From contig JAHQVQ010000298.1 in the NCBI GenBank assembly GCA_019634305.1, positions 1 through 54,852 on the forward strand: 54,852 bases of DNA, in the 5' to 3' direction. The stretch is from Flammeovirgaceae bacterium (lineage in GTDB: Bacteria; Bacteroidota; Bacteroidia; Cytophagales; Flammeovirgaceae). The position numbers were made by a program, and so were the translations under genes. Below are positions 21,080 through 31,370 of the stretch, one piece after another. Each line of letters opens with the position of its first letter. Position 1 is the stretch's first letter. The notes beneath the pieces are model-generated. The model saw nothing but the letters and a program-made list of their open reading frames with translations. It had not been told where the DNA came from and searched no databases.

Positions 21080-22018
21080 ATGTCTGAAGATAATGATTTG
21101 CCAGAAAAATGGGAGCCTGCCAATATTGGAGGTTTGGATCAGGTACATGTAGAAGAAGAACCACCAGTAGAAGAGGAAATGTCTTTTCTGGACCATCTTG
21201 AAGAATTAAGATGGCACTTGATGCGTGCAGTAGGTTCGGTGTTAGTTTTTTCTATCATTGCTTTTATTGCTAAGCCAATTGTTTTCGGGGTCGTTATTTT
21301 CGGACCAAAAAGGGAAGATTTTATTACCTACAGAATGCTTTGCAAACTTTCTGATCTTATAGGTTCAGATGCATTATGTATTGAAAAACTCTCCTTTGAG
21401 ATTCAGAACAGGGTAATGACAGGTCAGTTTACTATGCATATTCTGGCTTCTGTAGTGGTAGGTCTGGTTTGTGCCTTTCCTTATGCTTTTTGGGAATTAT
21501 GGCGATTTGTAAAACCTGGTTTGTATTCGCATGAACAAAAAGTAACCAGTGGAGCTGTATTTTTTGTAACCTTATTATTTCTAACAGGGGTATTTTTTGG
21601 TTATTTCATTCTTTCACCACTTGCGATTAATTTCCTTACCAGTTATCAGGTGGATGAGTCTATTATGAATGAAATTGACCTGTCTTCATATGTATCTACA
21701 ATTGCCATGATGGTAATGGCTTGTGGATTAATGTTTCAGTTGCCAATGGTGGTTTATTTCCTTTCTAAAATAGGAGTGGTTACTCCGGCCTTAATGAAAG
21801 AATATCGTAAGCATGCTTTTGTGGCAATTTTAGTAGTAGGTGCAGTAATTACTCCTCCAGATCCAATTACCCAAGTTTTTGTAGCATTACCTATATTTTT
21901 TCTTTATCAGGGAAGTATTATTGTTTCTGCTTCAGTTCATAAGAATATGATGAAAGAAGAACAAGAAGATGAGGAAAGGTTGGCTAGAAGTGAGGCGGAA
22001 ACAGAAGCCGAAGATTAA
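21080..22018 (+). CDS. tatC: Twin-arginine translocase subunit TatC
   Basis: MSFLDHLEELR, WRFVKPGL, FQLP and ITPPDP motifs, with acidic N- and C-terminal extensions. Confidence 0.95.
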   Translation: MSEDNDLPEKWEPANIGGLDQVHVEEEPPVEEEMSFLDHLEELRWHLMRAVGSVLVFSIIAFIAKPIVFGVVIFGPKREDFITYRMLCKLSDLIGSDALCIEKLSFEIQNRVMTGQFTMHILASVVVGLVCAFPYAFWELWRFVKPGLYSHEQKVTSGAVFFVTLLFLTGVFFGYFILSPLAINFLTSYQVDESIMNEIDLSSYVSTIAMMVMACGLMFQLPMVVYFLSKIGVVTPALMKEYRKHAFVAILVVGAVITPPDPITQVFVALPIFFLYQGSIIVSASVHKNMMKEEQEDEERLARSEAETEAED

Positions 22019-22194
22019 ACTACTAGTAAGAATAGACTTCGTAAGGAATTTTAAGCATTCAGATAATTTAATTATAGTGGAATGGTTATTTCTATAGCCG
22101 TGTTATTTAGGTGTATCTGGATTTTTTACTTCTAAGGAGAATTCCTATTTTTATGTAAAATAAGTGCTTTGGCAGCATCTTAATCTTTTTATAA

Positions 22195-23994
22195 GTGGAC
22201 GAAAGACGAATTTTTATTGGTAGTTTTTTTGTGTTTTTTGCAGCAGTTTATTTGGTTAAATTACTGCAGATTCAGGTTTTCGATATTAATTATCAACGGA
22301 AAGCTGAGAGCAATATCATTGATAAAATAACAGAATATCCTTCTCGGGGAATGATTCTGGATAGGAATGGGGAAGTTATTGTAAGAAACCGACCTGTTTT
22401 TGATTTAATGGTAATCCCTAAAGAACTCAAGATAAAAGATACCACATCTTTTTGTGAGTTTTTTAAAATTGATTTAGAATTTGCTAGAGAGAAATTGCTT
22501 CAGGCAAAAAGATATTCTCAGGTACAGCCCTCCATTTTTCTTAAACAATTATCTATAGAAGATTTTGCCAAAATTCAGGATAGATTAGCTGATTATCCGG
22601 GTATCTATACTTCAGAAAGAACTATTCGTGATTATCCAGGAAGAAGTCTGGCTAACTCAATGGGTTATGTAAAAGAAGTTGATAAAAAGTTTCTGGAGAG
22701 TGAGGAAGGAAAGGCATACCGTCAAGGTGACCTTGTAGGGAAAAGTGGATTGGAGAGGTATTATGAAAAACAATTAAGAGGGGAAAGAGGAGTAAGTTTT
22801 GTAGTTCGAAATGTAAAAGGTGTAAAGAAGGGGAAGTTCAGAGATGGAGAATTTGATACTTTGCCTCAAATTGGCAGCAACTTAATTACTGGAATTGACC
22901 TGGAACTACAAAAGTATGGAGAAAAATTGATGGTAAACAAGAAAGGTGCTGTAATAGCCATCGATCCTTCAACTGGGGAAATTCTTTCTATCATATCTGC
23001 TCCAGACTACGATCCTAATTTATTAACTGGAGAAGGTAAAAAAAGTAGTCAGAACTTTGTGGATCTTGCCAGAGATCCTAATAAGCCTTTATTTAATAGG
23101 GCCATTCAAGCTACTTATCCACCAGGCTCTACTTTTAAAACTGTAATGGCTCTTGTTGGTTTACATGATCATGCTTTGGATTCAAGCACCACCTTTTTTA
23201 CCTGTGATAAAAGTTTGGTAGGTTGCCATGGTCATCCTTCTCCACTAAATGTATACGGTTCTTTGCAGCATTCCTGTAATCCTTTTTATTTAAAAGCACT
23301 AAGGAAAATTATTAATCAGGGAAGGAGTAAGGTTGAAAAAGAAGATACCAGAATTGGATTAGAAGCGTGGAAAAACCAAATGCTGCAATTTGGTTTGGGG
23401 AAAAAATTAGGTGTTGATTTGCCTTTTGAATCTAAAGGGATAATTCCCTCACCAGAATATTATGATAAAAATTATTATATAAAAAACTGGAGATTATCGA
23501 ATGTCTATTCTATAGGTATAGGACAAGGCGAAGTTTTATTGACACCACTTCAATTGGCCAACCAGGCTGTTTGTATTGCTAATCAGGGTTGGTACATTCC
23601 ACCACATTTGGTAAAAGCTATTGGTGATAGCACTTTGGTTTTTGAAAAACAAAAGATAAATATTGAAAAGGAGTACTTTGATTATGTATCCAGGGCAATG
23701 GGTAATATATATACGGCAAGTATGTCCAAAATTCCCGGATTAACTGTTTGTGGGAAAACTGGAACGGCACAAAACCCACACGGAGAAGATCACTCCGTAT
23801 TTATGGCATTTTCTCCACGAATAAATCCTAAAATCGCGATAGCTGTTTATGTGGAAAATGCCGGATTTGGTGGTTCTTGGGCTGCACCAGTTGCTAGTTT
23901 AATGATCGAGCAGTATATCAACAATGAAATAAGCCAGGGTAGAAAATGGATTGAAACCAGAGTTTTAAATGGGAATTTTATGGATGTACAGTAG
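22195..23994 (+). CDS. mrdA: Penicillin-binding protein 2 (class B transpeptidase)
   Basis: PSRGMILDRNG, GKSGLE, SxxK (PGSTFK), SxN (SCN) and KTG (GKTGTAQN) motifs. GTG start. Confidence 0.9.
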   Translation: MDERRIFIGSFFVFFAAVYLVKLLQIQVFDINYQRKAESNIIDKITEYPSRGMILDRNGEVIVRNRPVFDLMVIPKELKIKDTTSFCEFFKIDLEFAREKLLQAKRYSQVQPSIFLKQLSIEDFAKIQDRLADYPGIYTSERTIRDYPGRSLANSMGYVKEVDKKFLESEEGKAYRQGDLVGKSGLERYYEKQLRGERGVSFVVRNVKGVKKGKFRDGEFDTLPQIGSNLITGIDLELQKYGEKLMVNKKGAVIAIDPSTGEILSIISAPDYDPNLLTGEGKKSSQNFVDLARDPNKPLFNRAIQATYPPGSTFKTVMALVGLHDHALDSSTTFFTCDKSLVGCHGHPSPLNVYGSLQHSCNPFYLKALRKIINQGRSKVEKEDTRIGLEAWKNQMLQFGLGKKLGVDLPFESKGIIPSPEYYDKNYYIKNWRLSNVYSIGIGQGEVLLTPLQLANQAVCIANQGWYIPPHLVKAIGDSTLVFEKQKINIEKEYFDYVSRAMGNIYTASMSKIPGLTVCGKTGTAQNPHGEDHSVFMAFSPRINPKIAIAVYVENAGFGGSWAAPVASLMIEQYINNEISQGRKWIETRVLNGNFMDVQ

Positions 23995-24109
23995 GTTAAT
24001 TTAAGTTTTTTATTGCAAATTTACCCCTGTTTATACTTTTACCTTAAGGAAGTAATCCACTAGCTGGTTTAAAAAACCTCATTTCCTTTCGAAGGATAGA
24101 TTCTGAAAC

Positions 24110-24688
24110 ATGAACAAATACATTTATTTATATTTTTTAGTTGGTTTATTTTTAATTGGGTGTAAGGGGAGTCAGGTTGCTAATACTTCTGGGCCATTTA
24201 AAGATGATATATCCTTATATAAGGTAAAAATTGAATCTGAAAATCCTGGAAAAGTTGGGGTAGATTCTATAAAAGAAAATGGGGAGGGGTCTGGTGTGGT
24301 AATCAATATTGTGCCTCAGCCAAAAACAAGTATTAATTATCAGTTGGATCAACAATCTATTCTAATTGCCCAAAGAAATCTAGAGGATTTGACAGACCAC
24401 GGAACTAAGGGATTTAGAATTCTTGTTTATTCAGGAGGAAGCCGGGATAGGGCAGAGGTAATTGAAAAAGATTTAATTCTCATTGAAAAGACCTATCAGA
24501 TTTTTGATATACCTAATTATAAGGTAAAAGTAGGAGACTACTTTACAAAACTGGAAGCAAATGGAATGCTTGTTCAAATAAAAAAAGATTACCCCCAAGC
24601 CATAATTATCCCTGATATAATTGATGTCAATCTTAATGATTATATTTTGGGAAAGGGAGAAGAGGATAAAACAAAGAATAAAAAATAG
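24110..24688 (+). CDS. Lipoprotein with SPOR-like C-terminal domain
   Basis: Lipobox LIGC, GFRILVYSG and PNYKVKVGDYFTKLEA..IKKDYPQA, typical of Bacteroidota SPOR proteins. Confidence 0.75.
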   Translation: MNKYIYLYFLVGLFLIGCKGSQVANTSGPFKDDISLYKVKIESENPGKVGVDSIKENGEGSGVVINIVPQPKTSINYQLDQQSILIAQRNLEDLTDHGTKGFRILVYSGGSRDRAEVIEKDLILIEKTYQIFDIPNYKVKVGDYFTKLEANGMLVQIKKDYPQAIIIPDIIDVNLNDYILGKGEEDKTKNKK

Positions 24689-24691
24689 TTT

Positions 24692-25480
24692 TTACCATTT
24701 CAAAGGCTTCTTATTTAGAAATGTAGAAATTCCTTTTTTACAATCAGTAGTTGATCTGGAAGAAGCGTTCTGAGAAGCTGCTAATTCCATAGCCTTTTGT
24801 GTATCCAGAACCTGAATATCATTAATAAGCAATTTAGTAAGTCCCATTGATTGTTCCGAATTGGATTCAATTAGCTTTTTTGCAAATTCCTCAATATGTT
24901 TTTCTAAATCGGTTTTATCTACAATTTCATTAATTAAATGGTATTCTTTTGCTTTTTTAGCTGATACTAAATCTCCCGTTAATAGTAATTCTTTTGTAAT
25001 TCCTTCTCCCAATTTTCTGAGTAAAAAGAAACTTACAATAGCAGGAATGAATCCTATTTTTACTTCAGTATATCCGAACTTAGCTTCGTGAATAGCAAAA
25101 ACAAAATCACATACCGTAGCTAATCCACAACCTCCTGCAATAGCATGACCTTGCACCTGGGCAATAACAATCTTTGGTAAGGTATAAATAAGTTTAAATA
25201 ACTCCATCAGATGATTAGAATCCTCCAGATTTTCCTGATATGTGTTATTTTGTAATTTTTGGATATAAGCAAGATCAGCCCCAGAACAAAAAACTTTACC
25301 ATTTGCTTTTAGAACCACTACTTTCCCTGATTTTTCATCTTTGGCATGAGAAAAAGCCGTTTTCAATTCCTGAACCAATTGAGGGTTTAATGCATTCCTT
25401 TTTTCAGGCCTGTTTAAAGTGATAAAAATAATTTTGTCTTTTATATTGTATTCTATAAACTCAAAAGTTGATTTATTCAT
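24692..25480 (-). CDS. Enoyl-CoA hydratase/isomerase (methylglutaconyl-CoA hydratase-like)
   Basis: LNRPEKRNAL, FCSGADL, AIAGGCGL and TEVKIGFIPA motifs. Confidence 0.88.
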   Translation of the reverse strand: MNKSTFEFIEYNIKDKIIFITLNRPEKRNALNPQLVQELKTAFSHAKDEKSGKVVVLKANGKVFCSGADLAYIQKLQNNTYQENLEDSNHLMELFKLIYTLPKIVIAQVQGHAIAGGCGLATVCDFVFAIHEAKFGYTEVKIGFIPAIVSFFLLRKLGEGITKELLLTGDLVSAKKAKEYHLINEIVDKTDLEKHIEEFAKKLIESNSEQSMGLTKLLINDIQVLDTQKAMELAASQNASSRSTTDCKKGISTFLNKKPLKW

Positions 25481-25750
25481 CAGGATTTTTGTGTGGGCTT
25501 ATATTGTTGTAAATCAGTTTGTTGGCTTATTGAAAGCCTAAAAAAGGAAATTTTTTGGGAAACTTCATTATTTATCAAATCAAAATATTGCTGACTTAAA
25601 AATTAAAAAAGTTAACTAAGATTGAGATTAGATTACTCTTTAAAAAATAATATGAATTATAAAAAATTTGATTGGTAATAAGGTGGAAAATGTTAAAAAA
25701 ATATAAAGCAAAAACCTATTTACTAAAATAGTAGAATTTTTACAAGGAAT

Positions 25751-25783
25751 TTTAGCAAATAAAATATAATTATCTATATTTGC
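25751..25783 (+). promoter_or_regulatory. Bacteroidota primary-sigma promoter of rpoC
   Basis: TATATTTG at 25775-25782 matches TAnnTTTG. TTTA at 25751-25754 is a near -33 element with a 20-bp spacer. It lies 30 bp before the ATG. Confidence 0.7.
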
Positions 25784-25812
25784 AAGTTCAAAAAAAGTAT
25801 ACTCTTTTTCAA

Positions 25813-28800
25813 ATGGCGTTCAGAAAAAATAAAAAAATCTCAAACGACTTTACAAGAGTCACAATCAGTTTAGCATCACCGGAATCCATTCTTGAGAGCT
25901 CCCACGGGGAAGTGACTCAGCCAGAGACAATTAACTATAGAACTTACAAGCCAGAAATGGGAGGTTTGTTCTGTGAAAGAATCTTTGGACCAGTAAAAGA
26001 CTGGGAATGTCATTGTGGAAAATATAAAAGAATTAGGTACAAAGGAATTATTTGTGACCGATGTGGGGTGGAAGTTACTGAGAAAAAGGTAAGAAGGGAA
26101 AGAATGGGTCATATCCAACTTGTTGTACCGGTTGCTCATATTTGGTATTTTAGATCGCTACCAAATAAAATTGGTTACTTGTTAGGTCTCCCATCTAAAA
26201 AATTAGATCAAATCATCTATTATGAGAGATATGTTGTTGTGCAGGCAGGGGTAAAAGCTGAAGATGGTATTAACTATCTTGATTACCTTACTGAAGATGA
26301 ATATCTTGATATTTTGGATAAACTTCCTAGGGAAAATCAGCAGCTTGATGATGATGATCCTAATAAGTTTATTGCCAAAATGGGAGCTGAGGCATTGGAA
26401 ATGCTTCTTTCTAGAATTGATCTTGATTCACTTTCTTATGAATTGAGAGACAATGCTGCTAATGATACTTCTCAGCAAAGAAAAGCGGAAGCTTTGAAAA
26501 GGTTGAAAGTTGTTGAAGCATTAAGAGATGCTAGAAGCAGAATTGAAAATCGACCAGAATGGATGATCATTAAAATGGTTCCTGTAATTCCACCAGAATT
26601 ACGACCATTGGTTCCTTTGGATGGTGGTAGATTTGCTACTTCCGATCTTAACGATTTGTATAGAAGGGTAATCATCCGAAATAATCGATTAAAAAGACTT
26701 ATAGATATAAAAGCTCCTGAAGTAATTCTTAGAAATGAGAAAAGAATGCTACAGGAAGCAGTTGATTCACTTTTTGATAACTCAAGAAAAGTAAATGCTG
26801 TAAGAGCAGATGGAAACAGACCTTTGAAATCCTTAAGTGATATGCTTAAAGGTAAGCAAGGTAGATTCCGTCAGAACTTATTGGGTAAAAGGGTTGATTA
26901 TTCAGGCAGATCTGTAATTGTTGTAGGTCCAGAACTTAAAATGCATGAGTGTGGACTTCCTAAAGATATGGCTGCTGAATTATTCAAGCCATTTATTATC
27001 AGAAAACTGATAGAACGAGGAATAGTTAAGACTGTTAAATCTGCAAAGAAAATTGTAGATAGAAAAGATCCTGTTGTTTGGGATATCTTGGAAAATGTAT
27101 TGAAAGGACATCCTGTAATGTTAAATAGAGCTCCTACGCTTCACCGATTAGGTATTCAGGCATTTCAACCTAAACTTATTGAAGGAAAAGCTATTCAGCT
27201 TCATCCATTGGTGTGTACAGCATTTAATGCTGACTTTGACGGTGACCAGATGGCTGTTCACGTACCACTTGGACATGAGGCTGTTTTAGAAGCTTCTTTA
27301 TTAATGCTTGCTTCGCATAATATACTGAATCCTGCAAATGGTTCTCCTATTACTGTACCCTCTCAGGATATGGTTCTTGGACTTTACTATTTGAGTAAAG
27401 GAAGGAAGACTACCAAAGAACTTGAGATTAAAGGAGAAGGAATGACCTTCGCCAACTCTCAGGAAGTCATTATTGCAATGAACGAAGGTAGAGTTGCTAA
27501 GCATGCTAATATAAAAATTAGGACTACTGTAAGGGACGAAAAAACTGGAGAACTAAGCAAACAGATTATTGATACTGTAGCTGGTCGAGTTTTATTCAAT
27601 GAGCATGTTCCTGAAGAAGTAGGATATGTGGATGAATTACTATCCAAAAAAGCTCTTCAGAAAATTATTGCCAAAATCTTTAAAATTGTTGGAATGGCCA
27701 GAACGGCTCAATTCCTTGATGATATTAAAGAATTAGGGTTTAAAATGGCATATTCTGGTGGTCTTTCATTTGGTTTGAATGATATTATTATTCCAGATAT
27801 TAAGGATTCCATGATTGAAGAAGCCAAGCAAGAAGTTGAAGTAGTTTGGCAAAACTATTTAATGGGTCTTATCACAGATAATGAGAGATATAACCAGGTA
27901 ATTGATATTTGGACTAGAATAAATTCTAAGTTGACTTCTACCCTAATGGACAGGATGGAAAGTGATCAACAAGGATTTAATTCTATCTATATGATGATGC
28001 ACTCAGGGGCAAGGGGTTCTAGAGAGCAAATCAGGCAGCTTGGAGGAATGAGGGGATTGATGGCTAAGCCACAGAAAAGTCTTGCAGGTTCAGTAGGGGA
28101 AATTATTGAAAACCCTATTCTTTCGAACTTTAAGGAAGGTCTTGATGTACTTGAGTACTTTATTTCCACACACGGGGCTAGGAAAGGTCTGGCAGATACA
28201 GCTCTTAAAACTGCGGATGCTGGTTACCTGACAAGGAGATTAGTGGATGTTGCTCAGGATGTTGTGGTTACTGAATACGATTGTGGAACTTTAAGAGGTC
28301 TTTCAGTGGAGGCATTAAAGGATAACGATGATATTATTGAGCCACTAAAAGAAAGAATTGTGGGTAGAGTTAGTGTTCATGATGTTTATGATCCTTTAAC
28401 TGATGAACTAATTATTGCTTCAGGTCAGGAAATTACTGAGGAAATTTCTTCCAGAATCGATGATGAAACTTCAATCGAAGCTGTTGAAATAAGATCTGTA
28501 TTGACTTGTGAAACTAAGCGGGGTGTTTGTGCTTTATGCTATGGAAGAAACTTAGCTTCAGGAAGGTTAGTTCAAAAAGGAGAAGCAGTTGGTGTAATTG
28601 CTGCTCAATCTATTGGAGAACCTGGTACACAGCTTACACTTAGAACTTTCCACGTTGGGGGTACTGCCTCAAACATTGCAGTTGATGCTTCAGTTAGAGC
28701 TAAATTTGCAGGTAAGATTGAATTTGAAGAAATGAAATCTGTACTTACAAAGAACAGTGAAGGAGAGGAGTTGGAAGTAGTAATGTCAAGAACTAGTGAA

Positions 28801-30120
28801 GTTAAGATTGTAGACAAAAGCGGAAGAGTTTTAATAAATAATCATGTACCTTATGGGGCTTTCCTAAGAGTGAAATCTGGGGATAAGGTTGAAAAAGGTG
28901 ATGTTGTTTGTTATTGGGATCCTTATAATGCAGTTATTCTTTCTCAATTTAATGGTAAAATTGAATTTGAATCCATTGAAGAAGGCGTAACATATAGAGA
29001 AGAGTTTGATGAACAAACCGGTCACAGAGAAAAAGTAATTGTTGAAACAAAGGATAAAACCAAAAACCCAACAATTATTATTCATTCTGATACTGGTGAG
29101 GTTGTCAGTAGTAACATACCAGTTGATGCCCACCTTGCGGTAGATGATCAGCAGAAAGTTACTTCAGGTCAGATTCTTGTGAAAATTCCTAGGGCAATTG
29201 GTAAAAATAGAGATATTACCGGGGGTCTTCCAAGGGTAACAGAATTATTTGAAGCACGGAATCCTTCCAACCCAGCAGTAGTTACTGAAATTGATGGTGT
29301 AATTTCATATGGTGGGATTAAAAGGGGTAATAGAGAAATTTTTGTTGAATCTAAGGATGGTGTGAAGAAAAGATATCTTGTAAATCTTTCTAAGCATATT
29401 CTGGTTCAGGAGAATGATTATGTGAAAGCGGGTATGCCATTATCCGATGGTGCAATTACTCCTTCGGATATTTTGGCTATTAAAGGACCTACTGCAGTTC
29501 AAGAATATCTTGTTAATGAGATTCAGGATGTTTACAGATTGCAGGGTGTGGGTATTAATGACAAACATATCGAGGTGATTGTAAGTCAAATGATGCAAAA
29601 AGTACAAATTGTTGATAGTGGAGACACTATGTTCTTACCAGGACAAAATGTTGACAAGTTTGTATTTAGAGAATCAAATGATGCAATCCTTGATAAAAAA
29701 GTTGTTGTAGATGCCGGTGAGTCAACAGTAATGAAGCCAGGTATGATCGTTTCTGCTAGAAGACTAAGAGATGAAAATTCAAGTCTGAAAAGGAAAGATA
29801 TGAAGCTTGTAAAAGTGAGAGATGCTCAGGCTGCTGTTTCTAAACCAAATCTTCAGGGTATTACACAGGCTTCTTTGGCAACAAATAGCTTTATTTCAGC
29901 TGCTTCCTTTCAGGAAACAACTAAAGTCCTTAGTGAAGCTGCCATTAGAGGTAAGAGAGATAAACTGAATGGATTGAAGGAGAATGTAATTGTAGGTCAT
30001 TTGATTCCTGCTGGTACTGGTTTAAGAGAGTACCAGGATATAAAAGTAGGATCAAAAGAAGAGTATGATGCATTAATAGCCTCAAGAGAAGGTTTTAGAA
30101 GTAGAGAATATCAAGACTAA
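25813..30120 (+). CDS. rpoC: DNA-directed RNA polymerase subunit beta'
   Basis: Zn-finger [21 protein letters not shown], catalytic NADFDGD, trigger loop [13 protein letters not shown] and [12 protein letters not shown] start at 25813 (MAFRK). Confidence 0.99.
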   Translation: MAFRKNKKISNDFTRVTISLASPESILESSHGEVTQPETINYRTYKPEMGGLFCERIFGPVKDWECHCGKYKRIRYKGIICDRCGVEVTEKKVRRERMGHIQLVVPVAHIWYFRSLPNKIGYLLGLPSKKLDQIIYYERYVVVQAGVKAEDGINYLDYLTEDEYLDILDKLPRENQQLDDDDPNKFIAKMGAEALEMLLSRIDLDSLSYELRDNAANDTSQQRKAEALKRLKVVEALRDARSRIENRPEWMIIKMVPVIPPELRPLVPLDGGRFATSDLNDLYRRVIIRNNRLKRLIDIKAPEVILRNEKRMLQEAVDSLFDNSRKVNAVRADGNRPLKSLSDMLKGKQGRFRQNLLGKRVDYSGRSVIVVGPELKMHECGLPKDMAAELFKPFIIRKLIERGIVKTVKSAKKIVDRKDPVVWDILENVLKGHPVMLNRAPTLHRLGIQAFQPKLIEGKAIQLHPLVCTAFNADFDGDQMAVHVPLGHEAVLEASLLMLASHNILNPANGSPITVPSQDMVLGLYYLSKGRKTTKELEIKGEGMTFANSQEVIIAMNEGRVAKHANIKIRTTVRDEKTGELSKQIIDTVAGRVLFNEHVPEEVGYVDELLSKKALQKIIAKIFKIVGMARTAQFLDDIKELGFKMAYSGGLSFGLNDIIIPDIKDSMIEEAKQEVEVVWQNYLMGLITDNERYNQVIDIWTRINSKLTSTLMDRMESDQQGFNSIYMMMHSGARGSREQIRQLGGMRGLMAKPQKSLAGSVGEIIENPILSNFKEGLDVLEYFISTHGARKGLADTALKTADAGYLTRRLVDVAQDVVVTEYDCGTLRGLSVEALKDNDDIIEPLKERIVGRVSVHDVYDPLTDELIIASGQEITEEISSRIDDETSIEAVEIRSVLTCETKRGVCALCYGRNLASGRLVQKGEAVGVIAAQSIGEPGTQLTLRTFHVGGTASNIAVDASVRAKFAGKIEFEEMKSVLTKNSEGEELEVVMSRTSEVKIVDKSGRVLINNHVPYGAFLRVKSGDKVEKGDVVCYWDPYNAVILSQFNGKIEFESIEEGVTYREEFDEQTGHREKVIVETKDKTKNPTIIIHSDTGEVVSSNIPVDAHLAVDDQQKVTSGQILVKIPRAIGKNRDITGGLPRVTELFEARNPSNPAVVTEIDGVISYGGIKRGNREIFVESKDGVKKRYLVNLSKHILVQENDYVKAGMPLSDGAITPSDILAIKGPTAVQEYLVNEIQDVYRLQGVGINDKHIEVIVSQMMQKVQIVDSGDTMFLPGQNVDKFVFRESNDAILDKKVVVDAGESTVMKPGMIVSARRLRDENSSLKRKDMKLVKVRDAQAAVSKPNLQGITQASLATNSFISAASFQETTKVLSEAAIRGKRDKLNGLKENVIVGHLIPAGTGLREYQDIKVGSKEEYDALIASREGFRSREYQD

Positions 30121-30150
30121 AAGATATTAATATATATTCTGAACGCATTA

Positions 30151-30184
30151 AAAAAACCGTTAGCTATTTGGCTAACGGTTTTTT
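30151..30184. terminator. Bidirectional intrinsic terminator after rpoC
   Basis: AAAAAACCGTTAGC-TATTTG-GCTAACGGTTTTTT, a perfect 14-bp inverted repeat. Confidence 0.9.
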
Positions 30185-30296
30185 ATTTCATTGAATTTGA
30201 GATTTCCCTTTAAGAATTTGGTTTATATTTTTGATGCAATTTTTTGCCTTATTAAAGACATTTGTGTTTTAGACATGAGACCTAACATTCTATAAC

Positions 30297-31070
30297 TTAT
30301 TTTCCTCCACTAGAAAAGGATCTAGATCTGGAAGATGAACCAGAAGAATAACGAGAATTAGATCTGGAAGTTTTTGATGTTCTTCCTCCTGAACTTCTGG
30401 CAATATTATTATTTACTCTACTTTTTAAGGCACTATTGGTAGTTGCTCTTTGGTGAAATTTTGGATTTTGTTTTCTGGAAACATCAGACAGTGTTCCGTA
30501 TCGTGTACTTCCGGTTGAGGTTGTACCACCATAATAAGGTCTCACTCCTCTGTAATTATTTCTATAATCAGAGTAGGAGGTTCTATATACAGGGCCCGCC
30601 ATTAGTCCCATCATCGAGCTCATAAAGGCATACTGACCATAAAAACCCCAAAAGGATTGACCACTATTATTGGTTTGCCATCGGCCATACTTTTCATTTC
30701 CAACATATCTGGAATAACCGGGAGGTGCTGTTTGTTTGGAAACTACGCCATCATTTTTTGAGGCAACCTCCATTCCCATATCGTTTTCGTATCGGCTAAA
30801 AGTATTTTCATCAACAATGTACCATTCTGTAATTTCTTCATATGGAGTTTGAGTACTATCAGCTTTCTCTTTTATTATTTTATACTGGTGTTTATAAGTA
30901 TCAGATAAAAAAGCACCTTCTACATCCATATCGTATAAAATTATGGTGAAGTTTTTCTCTGAATCCATCTTTCTTATCATTTCATCTATTGGAGATTTAT
31001 GAAAATCTCCAGAGCTAGAACAAGAACTGATAAAAAGGAATAGTCCAACTGTGAAATATAGATTTTTCAT
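30297..31070 (-). CDS. Hypothetical lipoprotein with Ser/Arg-rich low-complexity tail
   Basis: Lipobox FISSC, PPGY..YVGN..YG.W motif, FWGFYGQYAFM and tail SSGSSSRSRSFSSGGK. Confidence 0.75.
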   Translation of the reverse strand: MKNLYFTVGLFLFISSCSSSGDFHKSPIDEMIRKMDSEKNFTIILYDMDVEGAFLSDTYKHQYKIIKEKADSTQTPYEEITEWYIVDENTFSRYENDMGMEVASKNDGVVSKQTAPPGYSRYVGNEKYGRWQTNNSGQSFWGFYGQYAFMSSMMGLMAGPVYRTSYSDYRNNYRGVRPYYGGTTSTGSTRYGTLSDVSRKQNPKFHQRATTNSALKSRVNNNIARSSGGRTSKTSRSNSRYSSGSSSRSRSFSSGGK

Positions 31071-31370
31071 TATAAAATTTAGAATTGGTTGTGAATACCC
31101 GTGTTGGGTTTTTATTAATAAGTCTAGTATAAGTGAAAATATTACAATATTGAGATATATTTTTTCAAATCCTTGGTCATTGGGAACATTATCTCAAGAT
31201 ACAATTGATACTAAAATATTGAAAGGAATCTAATTCCCAATGTATTTGTTAAACATCTCTTATTAGAATTAGATTCCTGAATTAAGGATTTAAAAACCTT
31301 CAAAAGTGTCCAAATTGGTTGAAAGACTATTGTTTATCCATCCAGAATTTATGGTTAATTTTATTAAACC

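Noticed and set aside
25780-25812. TTG start for rpoC proposed by the ORF track
   Set aside because: The TTG lies inside the TATATTTG promoter element. The ATG at 25813 fits the typical N-terminus.
25813-30120. Intein, frameshift or pseudogene status of the isolated rpoC
   Set aside because: Continuous 1435-aa frame with all conserved motifs in order and no intein signatures seen.
31051-31233. 60-aa plus-strand ORF between the lipoprotein gene and tpsp
   Set aside because: It overlaps the lipoprotein start in antisense and has no recognisable features.
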